DNA of 64,000 bases from positions 29,946,001 through 30,010,000 of the forward strand of contig NC_091992.1 in the NCBI RefSeq assembly GCF_044704955.1, given 5' to 3'. This DNA is from Pristiophorus japonicus. Its lineage: Eukaryota. Below the pieces are notes generated by a model. That model was not told the origin of the DNA. It did no database searches and saw nothing but the letters and a program-made list of their open reading frames with translations. How positions within the stretch are numbered: position 1 is the stretch's first letter; each line of letters starts with the position of its first letter. Positions 52,553 to 62,892 of the stretch are shown here, in pieces. Made by a program: the position numbers and the translations under genes.

Positions 52553-52945
52553 AGTGTCAACTTGACTCAGTGATTGCACTCTTACGCCCGAGTCCCACTG
52601 AAGGGATTTTAGCACATTATCTAGGCTGGCACTTCAGTGCAGTACTGAGGGAGTAGTGCGTTGATTGAGGTACCATTTTTGAGATGAAGTGTTAAAACAA
52701 GACCTCGTCTGCCTGTTTAGGTGGATGTAAAAGATCCTGTGGCATTTCAGAAAAGAGCAGGGGTGTCCTGGCCAACATTCATCACTCAACAACACTGCCA
52801 AAACAGAATAACTGGTCATTTATATTGTTGCTGTTTTTGGAATATGCTGCGTGCAAACAGTGACTGCATTTCACAACTAATTCATTGGCTGCAAAGCACT
52901 TTGGGATGATGAACGGTGCTGTATAAAGGAACATTTGTTTGTTTG
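52553..52945 (+). mobile_element. Deu-domain SINE, diverged
   Basis: CAGTGCAGTACTGAGGGAGT...GGTGGATGTAAAAGATCC...TTCATTGGCTGCAAAGCACTTTGGGA. Confidence 0.75.
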
Positions 52946-53410
52946 TATTGATTCATCTAAATGTCTAGAGCATTGTTTATATTTAAATTCAGCCTGAAAA
53001 ATTATATTGCGCCTCAGTGAACATTTTGATCCAGATATTGTATGACCTATCAACTCAAATAAATACTTTTTCAACGTAATTGCGCCTACTTATCAGGATT
53101 ATTCACTGACTAGGAATTTGATGGAACATTAAAAAACCTGTTGCACAATTTCCTTAAATGGGAAAGATTCTAAAATAGGAACCAGATTAAAATACAGTTA
53201 GTGGGGTGTAGATCAAAAAAGGGATTGAGATTTTCAATTGATATTCACTGAAGCAGAATTGATCTATTATCGACTCAGTCACTATGGTGGTCAGTGTCAC
53301 AAAAGCAGTATTCATGGTTTGCTCTGTCTAGACTATACAGATTACTTATCTTTCGGATCGGCCATTGCACATATCACTTCTGTCTCTTAGCATATTGAAC
53401 TGCTGAAATA

Positions 53411-54105
53411 TCATCATCATCATGATATTTCATCATCGATCATCATCATAAGCAGTCCACTTCAAAAGTGAGTTCTCAGGTGATAGTCCAATATGGGAAT
53501 TACAGTTTCTGTCACAGGTGGGGCAGACAATGGTTGAAGGAAAGGGTGGGTGGGAAGTCTGGTTTGCCGCACGCTCCTTCCGCTGTCTGCGCTTGATTTC
53601 TGCATGCTCTCGGTGATGAGACTCGGGGTGCTAAGTGCCCTCCCGGATGCTCTTCCTCCACTTTGGGCGGTCTTGGGCCAGGGATTCCAGGTGCCGGTGG
53701 GGATGTTGCACTTTATTAAGGAGGCTTTGAGGGTGTCCTTGAAACATTTCCTCTGCCCACCTGGGGCTCGCTTGCCGTGTAGGAGTTCCCAGTAGAGCAC
53801 TTGCTTAGGGAGTCTCGTGTCGGCCATGCAGATGATGTGGCCCACCCAACAGAGCTGGTCGAGTGTAGTCAGTGCTTCGACGTTGAGGATGTTGGCCTGA
53901 TCGAGAACACTGATGTTGGTGCGTCTATCCTCCCAGTAGATTTGCAGGATCTTGCGGAGGCAGCGTTGGTGGTACTTCTCCAGCACTTTGGAGGTGTCTA
54001 CTGTATATGATCCACGTCTCTGAACCATATAGGAGGGCGGGTATCTCTACTGCCCTGTAGACCATAAGCTTGGTGCCAGATTTGAGGTCTCTTCCTCAGG
54101 TGACC
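53411..54105 (-). mobile_element. RTE-clade LINE 3' fragment
   Basis: ORF 53462..54028 YHQRCLRKILQI.WEDRRTN...RLPKQVL; (TGA)n tail near 53411. Confidence 0.9.
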
Positions 54106-54282
54106 AAAGACTGATAAGATCTATCTATTAGCTGTGTTGCTGGATGGTAGTGAGCAGCCGGCAGTCTCAGCCTCCGCTCTATCACCTATTGGACATGATA
54201 AGACATGAAATAAAACATGTCATAACTAACGAGTGTTCAAAAAGTAGATGGGTGAAGCCTGATTGTCTTAAAAGTAGAGTGT

Positions 54283-54948
54283 TGGGAGGAGTTTTAACCC
54301 CCCCCCCCCCCAAGGATGGGCGGGATTGGGACTGAGGGGTGTTAAATTCTTAAAAAAGGGAAACCCAACCCCCACTCGCCAGTGACACGCCTACTTTCGG
54401 TTTAAGCGGTGCGGGTTAGGGGTCAGGCTAGTAACCTGCTCGAGATTATAATATTTGAATAAGGCTGCGTGCCTCAGATTTTAGCAACCATGCGGATTTA
54501 ACAGCCGTGGGCCAGGTTTCCCAGGGCTTGGGAAACCCGGCAGCTAAAAGAAGGGGAGCGTTGCCGGCTCCCGCAGATGTGCCTTCCCAGCACTGCTTGC
54601 AGGCCCGGAGAAGCAGGAGTGCTTCCCATCCACAGCCCCTCCACCGCCCGCCAAGCTTACCTGCCTCCCTTCCCGCAACATTCGGCACTTCAGCCCCCCT
54701 GCGATCTCCCCCCACGTTCTCTTCTGCCCCCCCCCCCACCTCTGTGGTCCCTCCCTCCCTCACTCCTCTCCAGTCCCCGGCTGCAACCTTCTATCACAGG
54801 CCTTCCCGTCCTACTGCCGGCCAGCCTCTCAGTCTGGCCCTCTCCTGAGTGAGAAACAGAGAAAAAAAATTCAGCAGGACCTCTGCATTCCCCGGCCGCT
54901 AAAAGTTGCCTCCGGCTCCCTCCCCACCTCCCTGCAAATATGGGGCCC
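54283..54948. mobile_element. Probable non-autonomous DNA element
   Basis: GC-rich block from GGGAGGAGTTTTAACCCC to AAATATGGGGCCCC with repeated GTTAAA/TTTAAC motifs. Confidence 0.4.
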
Positions 54949-56145
54949 TATTAGAATCCAAACCAAAGGATTCCACATTTGAATCCTGACCTGATTGTTC
55001 CTCGGTCTTGATTTTCTCAAATTTGGGGATCTATCTGTTATTATCTGTGTTGCTGGATGGTTATGAGGGGATGGCAGTCTCAGGCTCTGCTCTGGCACCT
55101 GTTGGACATGTATTGCAGCTATAGCGAATTCCATTCATTGTACGACTCCTTCCCCGCTGCTGAAAAAATACTTGTCGAGGAGACAAATGAGCTTTTAAGT
55201 CCAATGTTTGCAGAATGGTTCAAAAGTAGTAAACAGTACTTAAGCTCAACTACTTTGACAAATGGCTTATTTCTTGCTTCTGTCTTCTGTGGCGAGAGTA
55301 GAGGCGTGAGCAAATTCTCATTGGTGACAGTGTCATATCATTTAGTTCCTGGATCGGCATAAATCGAAAGGCACACTGAAACTTGCACTGGTCGTTACAC
55401 CGATCTTGCCAACACGTACTTAAGCCAAAATTTTCCTGCTAGTCTCATTCATCAGGAATGTAAAAACCGGTGTAAACAAGCGGAAGTCAGTCCAGAGAAA
55501 AGCAGAGAACTTACACTACATTTCCCCTTTAAGTCATCTATGAAAGTTAAAGTTTGAAGCCACTAAACCATTATTCACGCACATCAGGCACGGCATATTC
55601 AAGAAATTGCAATCATGGACTTTCAATTTTTAATGTAACACTTTGGGCCCAAGTTTCCACATGATTCACGCCTGATTTTTAGGAGCAACTGGTGGAGAAC
55701 GGACTATTTTAGAAATCGCAATTCTCCACATTTTTTTTTCTGCAGTTCTAGTCAGGTAGAACAGTTCTAGTTTAGGACAGAATTTTTTCTTCAAAAGGGG
55801 GCGTGTCCGGCCACTGACGCCTGATTTGAAAGTTTCCACAGTGAAAATGTACTCCAAACTAAAGTAGAATGGAGCAAGTGAAGATTTTTGTAGAACTGAA
55901 AAAACCTGTTCTACACATTAAAAAATCAGGCGCAGGTTACAAATTAGGCGTCCAGAACAAGGTGGGGGGGAGGGGGGGGGGGAAGGGAAGTCATTAAATT
56001 CTACAATAAATCCTTATTTATACTTCTACAAATATTATACAAATAAATCCAACCTGAATAAACATTTATAAGCCAAGAAAAGATTAAATAAACCAGCTTC
56101 CTACCTGTGTGAAAGTGCTTCAGCCAGGGAGAATTCTGCAGCCGT

Positions 56146-56443
56146 NNNNNNNNNNNNNNNNNNNNNNNNNNNNNNNNNNNNNNNNNNNNNNNNNNNNNNN
56201 NNNNNNNNNNNNNNNNNNNNNNNNNNNNNNNNNNNNNNNNNNNNNNNNNNNNNNNNNNNNNNNNNNNNNNNNNNNNNNNNNNNNNNNNNNNNNNNNNNNN
56301 NNNNNNNNNNNNNNNNNNNNNNNNNNNNNNNNNNNNNNNNNNNNNNNNNNNNNNNNNNNNNNNNNNNNNNNNNNNNNNNNNNNNNNNNNNNNNNNNNNNN
56401 NNNNNNNNNNNNNNNNNNNNNNNNNNNNNNNNNNNNNNNNNNN
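56146..56443. other. Assembly gap (N run)
   Basis: Run of Ns. Confidence 1.
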
Positions 56444-56670
56444 GGGTCGGGGAACAGGAGCGCGGGTCGGGTCAGTCGGGGGGGGGAGCGGGTCTCGGGT
56501 CTCGGGGGTCGGGTCGGGGGGGAGAGCGGGTGTCGGGTCGGGTCGGGGCGGGGGGCGGGGAGCGGGTCTCGGGTCGGGGCGTGGGGGGGAGCGGGTGTCG
56601 GGTCTCGGGTCGGGGCGGGGGGGGGGGAGCTGGTGTCGGGTCGAGTCTGGTCGGCGGGGGGGGGGAGAGC
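56444..56670 (+). repeat. G-rich degenerate repeat (GGGTCG / GGGGGAGCG units)
   Basis: Directly visible; abuts the gap. Confidence 0.85.
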
Positions 56671-57039
56671 AGGAGCTGGCCGTGGGAGGAGGCCATTGGG
56701 CCAGGGCTAGGGGCTGCGTGCTTCGGGCCCCTCCCACACAGTTCGGCGCCTGGAGCTACTGCACTTGCGTGCCGACTGTAGCGGCGCGCATGTGCAGACA
56801 GTGCCGGGACCTGGCTCCGCCCCCCCACAGCTCATGCTGGCTGCGCCGAGGGCCAGAGGACCTGTAAGTAGGTGCAGAATACTGAGGATTTTTTTAGGTG
56901 CCGTTTTAGGCGCGAAAAACGGGCGCCCAGCTCGGAGGGGCGCCCGTTTTTTTTCTTGTGGAAACTTGGGCCCTATGTGAGGTCTTCAGCAGCTGACCTC
57001 GGTATATACATTAAAGATACTCTCTAAACCGTTAACATA

Positions 57040-57300
57040 AAATGTGTTTATCTGGCTGTTCAATGACACAATTTGAAGAACAGCACGGAGCTAGTCAAAC
57101 TTTTCCCCTCAATCAGCACCACCAAAATAAATTAGCTGGGCAGTTATCACATTTGCTGTTTGTGGGACCTTGCTACATACAATTGGCCACTGTGTTTGCC
57201 TACAATAGTGGCTACACCTTAACAGCACTTCGTTGGCCAAGAAGCACTGTGGGACTTCCTGCAGGTGTGAAAGGCACAGTCTAAATGCAAGTTCTTTCTT
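57040..57300 (+). mobile_element. Deu-domain SINE 3' half, diverged
   Basis: TTTGCTGTTTGTGGGACCTTGCT...GTGAAAGGCAC..TCTAAATGCAAGTTCTTTCT. Confidence 0.7.
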
Positions 57301-57334
57301 AATTGGTGGCTCTTCACATTTCTCTGTTCATATT

Positions 57335-58078
57335 GGCCCTGAAATTCCGGTAGAGTTCTTCCCATGGGCAAACGACAGAAAAAGAGAAAAAAGATACGAA
57401 CTTTCCTGTTGCTGCTGTGCCCCTTGGAACTTCCGAGCCTGAGGCCTCCCGTGACTGCGCGTCACAGCGTGTGCACGTGGGGACGTGCACAGGGCGGGAT
57501 CTGGAGACAGCAGTCAATCAGGTGAAGTATAGATTCTCATTCATAGTAGTTCAGTAAGTCCAGAACTCCTATTACTATGAATGAGAAACCCCCCACAAAC
57601 ACACAAAGCACAATAAAAAATAGAAAATAAACTACATATTTAACATTCATTTAAATTAAAGTTCTTTAAAAAAAGTCGGGAAAATATTTTTTTTAATGTT
57701 TTTTTAATTAAGCCTTAAAATAAACTTACCATAGTGGGGAAGGTTTTAAAAAATAAAGTGTTTTTATAACTTTATTTTTAAATGTTTCTGTGTATTTTTA
57801 AACACTTGCGCCTGTAAAAGTAGGCTATACACCTGCTTTTTCGGGCGCAAGATTTTAAAGGACATTTGCAGGGCAAGATATTCGTAAATATCGGAAATTT
57901 TGCCCTGCAAGTGTCCTCGCTCCCAATCTGCAGATGATTTATCAAGCCAGAAAGTTGACAGATCGGAAAAGCAGGGTTTTCAGCACATGCGCATTGCGTG
58001 CTGAAACCCGGCTTTTCCGATGCCTTCCCGGGTCCGTAGAAACTTCGTAGGGACCTGAGACATCGGAATTTTAAGGCC
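57335..58078. mobile_element. Complete Harbinger-like MITE (744 bp)
   Basis: TIRs GGCCCTGAAATTCCG / CGGAATTTTAAGGCC; flanks ATT/AAT; multiple internal hairpins. Confidence 0.85.
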
Positions 58079-58756
58079 AATGTCATTACGATATTTGGTC
58101 TTTAGTAGGAAGGGCAGCAGATTATGTCCAATGCTAATATTTGAAGGGCAGTGCAGCAGCGCACATTTTGATGTGCTGATGAAATTGTAACTGAGATTCA
58201 TCTTCCAGGACATGCATAAAAAGTTCAATTTCCTTTGTGACAAATTCTGTTATGGGCCATCGTCTGTACACATCAGAGTTTGACTCAGCCTCCCAATGGT
58301 TTCCTGTTTAATAGCCATCATCACTGAAGGAGATTGCTCGTAACTCAACACATATTGACATCTAATTAGTCGTTTTGTGCTGCAACACCAGGTTGATAAT
58401 GTTCAAACTTATTTTATGATATTTATAATCATGGAAGCAAGTCTGGATTCAAATCCAGGTGAAAGTACAGTGTGGCAGCCTACTATGCCACCCAGTTCCA
58501 TTGTTTTGAATTATTTTTTCACATTATTACTATATTGAGAAGATCTGTTCTATAAGTAGGATCCCACTAATGAAACTCCGAGACACGTATGTAAAAATGT
58601 TCACGCAGAGTCAAAGAAGGTACTTCTCAAAGATTGCCAACTTATTCGAGGGTGTTTACCTTTATTGTCTTTTATAATGAATCTTAAGTAAATAATGTTC
58701 TCTCGTCCTCTTGCCAAGTTCCTGATTGTGAAGTAGATTGTGCATCCTTTTCAAGA

Positions 58757-59150
58757 AGAAAGAGTTAATTTGCATTTATATAATGCCTTTCATATCTCCA
58801 GATATCTAAATGCACTTTACAGCTACTAGATTACTTTTGAAGTGCACTCACTTGTTATATAGGCCAATTTGCACACAGCAAGGTCCCATGAACAGCAAAA
58901 GAACAAATGACCGGATAATCTGTTAGTGGTATTGTTTTGGGGAGGAACATTGGTCGGGACAGCTCACTGCTCTTCCATTGAAGTGACCCATGGGATCTAT
59001 TTCATCACTCTGAGAATGGCAAACACCATCTTACCTAAAAGATGGCACCTCCAACAATACTGTACTGAGGTATCAGTCTGGATTTAAGTGCTTAAGTCTA
59101 TAGTAGGGAATGAACCCATGACCTGACTTAGATGCAAGAGTGCTAACAAC
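58757..59150 (-). mobile_element. Deu-domain SINE, diverged
   Basis: Reverse complement of the SINE tail (TTGCATTTATATAATGCCTTTCA), core, and B-box remnant near 59110. Confidence 0.7.
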
Positions 59151-59385
59151 AATAAAGCACTACAGCCAGTAAAGCATATAAGAACCACTTTACTTGAGAA
59201 GTTCTTTGATATTAAACAGCAGAGCCTTTCTTCTCTTAAGGGGTTTCCAAGCAGATCAGTATTGTGTATTCACTCAGTCCAAGTGAACACAATTGTTTTA
59301 TCATTGCCTTCATTAAATTTCTTTCCAATAATTTAGTCTATTTTTGGCAGCTAGGGGAGACAGCTATTACTGTCCAGAGCATTAC

Positions 59386-59571
59386 TCATCATAGGCAGTC
59401 CCTGGGTTCGAGGATGACTTGCTTCCACACTAAAATGAGTACTCAGGTGACTGATGAACTCATGTTAAACGGTGGAAGATGCCTGTGCGTGAATTCTTTT
59501 AACGTGGTGTGGCCGTTGCACACCAGCCACCACATGGGCTTGACGGATCAAGGTCTTGGTCCAGTGGCAAT
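59386..59571 (-). mobile_element. Short RTE-tailed bipartite element related to 33542-34123
   Basis: Shares GTGGCTGGTGTGCAACGGCCAC...CACGCACAGGCATCTTCCAC block joined to the RTE tail. Confidence 0.78.
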
Positions 59572-60198
59572 AAAAACACACAATCTTAAACATACTCCTA
59601 CTGTCCTCCTTCATCCTCATTGTTGAGCCTCTTCAATAAAAGTTGTTAACCACAGAGATTTACTGAATTCAATTTCACAACTTGCCATAACTTTTGGGTT
59701 GCTAATCCACTAGCTCACAGTATAAACTCAGGCAACCAATGGCAAACCACGTAGAAAGAGGTCCTGTGGGAAGGAGAGCATTACTGAGGTGGAGATGTAA
59801 AATACAACAACAACTTAATGTCCACCAAGTCATCTCTGATTTTTGAAATGAGGTATTGTAATTCTCATAAACAAATTACTTTTTTCTAAATGTTAAATAT
59901 TTGTATTCGTATCCTGGTACAACATACTGCATGTGTATTGAAATATTTGTTCAGATTTTTGACATTTTGAGAGTGATTGCCAGACCCTCCTACAACTTTA
60001 AACATTTAACAGCGACAGCTGTAGTTCATTTGCTAACTGATGGTTTGAGGTTTTCTTTTAAAGAAACTGGGCTGAACATATTCTGTGAATGATTATGCTC
60101 ATTACATAAAAATGTACATTTGACTGTTGTTTTTATATCTAGCAAGCAGCTTACAAATGTGGAAATCATGCAACTGGACAAGGTTTAACTTAAAAATG

Positions 60199-61073
60199 GT
60201 GCTTCAATGCTGGGGATGTTGGCCTGGACGAGGACACTGATGTTGGTGCATCTGTCCTCCCAGGGGATTTGCAGGATCTTGCGGAGACATCGTTGGTGAT
60301 ATATCTCCAGCGACTTGAGGTGTCTTCTGTACATTGTCCATGCCTCTGATCCATACAGGAGGGTGGGTATTGTTACAGCCCTGTAGACCATGAGTTTGAT
60401 GGTAGATTTGAGGGCCTGGTCTTCGAACACTCTTTTCTTCAGGCGGCCGAAGGCTGCGCTGGTGCACTGGAGGCGGTGTTGCATCTCCTCATCAATGTCT
60501 GCTTTTGTTGATAAGAGGCTCCCGAGGTATGGGAAATGGTCCACGTTGTCCAGGGCCGCGCCATGAATCTTGATGACTGGGGGGCAGTGCTGTGCGGCAA
60601 GGACAGGCTGGTGGAGGACCTTTGTCTTACGGCTGGGCAGGCCACATAGTTCGCATGCCAGACACGAGATTCCCTAAGCAAATGCTCTATGTGGAGTTCC
60701 TTCACGGCAAACGAGACAAAGGTGGGCAGCAGAAACATTACAAGGACACCCTCAAAGCCTCCCTGATAAAGTGCAACATCACCACTGACACTTGGGAGTC
60801 CCTGGCCGAAGACCGCCCTAGGTGGAGAAAGTGCATCCGGGAGGGCGTTGAGCTCTTCGAAACTCAACGCCGAGAACGTGAAGAGGTCAAGCGCAGGCAG
60901 TGGGAGGAGCGTGCAGCAAACCAGCCCCACCCACCCCTTCCCTCGACGAATGTCTGTCCCACCTGTAACAGAGTCTGTGGCTCTCGTATTGGACTGCTCA
61001 GCCACCAAAGAAATCACTTCAGGAGTGGAAGCAAGTCTTCCTCGATTCTGAGGGACTGCCTATGATGATGATG
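60199..61073 (+). mobile_element. RTE-clade LINE with inverted 5' segment (60199-60632 minus; 60632-61073 plus)
   Basis: Two consecutive parts of one RTE ORF in opposite orientation; TSD AACTTAAAAATG/AATTTAAAAATG; (TGA)n tail. Confidence 0.92.
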
Positions 61074-61845
61074 AATTTAAAAATGTACAAAAGATAATCA
61101 CATGAGTTCATTTTACTGAGTAAACAGTACTAATAAAGTCTTTCATGTTGCAAATCTAGTTACAGGTAACTTTTCTCATGCTGTAATAATTCAATAAAGT
61201 AGGATTTAACTTCTTTTAAAGGCTGTGACCATTGAGCAATACAGCAGCGTGAACTACTTTGCCCATCACCAAAACTTGTATCTGAGTAGGTTTCTACTCT
61301 CACTGTCTATTCAGATTTTGGTTAAATATTAAATAAAAACAAAGCATGGCAATATGGAATCATACAATAAACAGAGCAACCTCAGACAAATTGTTCCACA
61401 GGCTGTATTGCATCTACACATCAACCATCAATATAAACTAAGCACTGTGGAATTCTTTTACCCTAGTACATGTAAACAGGAGGAAGTTCAATCATTTCTT
61501 TTAACTTTCTTTGTACACAACTCTTTTGTATTTTAACCAATGAAATTACAACATTATTTACCCAACTAGTGACGCAACCCACCATGACATTCATTGCTGG
61601 CATGCTATGCAGTTGGATATTTTTGTGTTGTTCCTGCTGTTATAAAGATGCACAGCCTTGTCTATTGCTTTGCAAATGTCCTTCAAGTGGTTGTGCAAAT
61701 TGTACCAGTTCTCAGAAGAAAACAGCTATCGTTGTCAATTTCAAATGAAATTGTAAAGCAACAAATTCAAATTTCCTTTTGACTGCAGAAGTAATTGAAT
61801 AAAGCGAATTACCAAGAAAATATTTCCAGACATCATTTGCATATA

Positions 61846-62277
61846 AGTCAGAAGGTTGTGGGTTCAAGTCCCACTCCAATGACATTGGCACAGAAATTTA
61901 GGCTGACACTCCAGTGCAGTACTGAGGGAGTGCTGCACAATCGGAGGTGCCGTCGTTCAGATGAGACGTTAAACCGAGGCCCCGTCTACTCTCTCAGATG
62001 GACGTAGAAGATCCCATCGCACTATTTCGAAGAAGAGCAGGGGAGTTACCCCCTGTGTCCTGGCCAATATTCATCCCTCAATCAACATCACTAAAAAAAC
62101 AGATTATCTGGTCATTATCACATTGCTGTTTGTGAGAGCTTGCTGTGCGCAAATTGGCTGCCTGGTTTCCAACATTACTACAGTGATTACACTTCAAAAC
62201 ATACATCATTGGCTGTAAAGCGGTTTGGGACAGTCTGGTGGCCGTGAAAGGTGCTATATAAATGCGAGTCTCTCTTT
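61846..62277 (+). mobile_element. Deu-domain SINE (5' slightly truncated)
   Basis: GGTTCAAGTCCC B-box, GATGAGACGTTAAACCGAGGCCCC core, GAAAGGTGCTATATAAATGC tail. Confidence 0.9.
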
Positions 62278-62892
62278 TAAACTGAGGCACATAATTGAAA
62301 TCATTCCTTAGTGGTCCTAACATCAGGTCCCTGTATCACCAGAGTAAAAAGAAGGCTTATTTTTGACCCCGCGCTATCTGTTTCTCAGGTTTTCTGATGA
62401 GCTCTGTTTCTAGAGCAGCCTCCTCAATGCTTTGTTTAAGAGCTGCCTTAGTAGCTGTAAGAACAAATTGGTTTCCAATTTTGCTGCACTGTAAACCTTT
62501 ATGACATGATTATTTATTAATATACTTTAAAAATTTGCTCTCATAAAGCCACAGTCACAATTGATATTGATTTTGCGTGAGCAAAACTAAAAAGGTTTGG
62601 CAAGAAAAACATCAGTGACAATGATTCTTCTTTGAAACTAAAAGGATCAGAATATTTTTAGGATCCTTGGATGAATGCACATCCACTCTAATCCTCCCAT
62701 TTTAGGTTTTTTCTACCCTCCCCCCCCGAAACATCTTCTCAGCGCCTAGACCCTGTCTGAATCAGAGCTAGTTTGATTCATCCTCCAGTTTCTTCTGCTC
62801 TAGCTAGGGAAAAGCACTCACATCCCTTCATCTCATCTGCCTTATCGATTGGAAGTTGCCACTTCGAGAATTTCAGGGAAGAAACTTATGTC

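Larger units (their letters stand above)
55645..56973. mobile_element. Harbinger-like MITE with perfect 17-bp TIRs; contains assembly gap and GGGTCG repeat
   Basis: GGGCCCAAGTTTCCACA ... TGTGGAAACTTGGGCCC; flanks TTT/TAT. Confidence 0.85.

Noticed and set aside
55057-55362. 101-aa ORF in non-repeat DNA
   Set aside because: No recognisable domain or convincing splice signals.
56109-56867. Gly/Arg-rich and Pro-rich ORFs
   Set aside because: Artefacts of the N gap and G-rich repeat.
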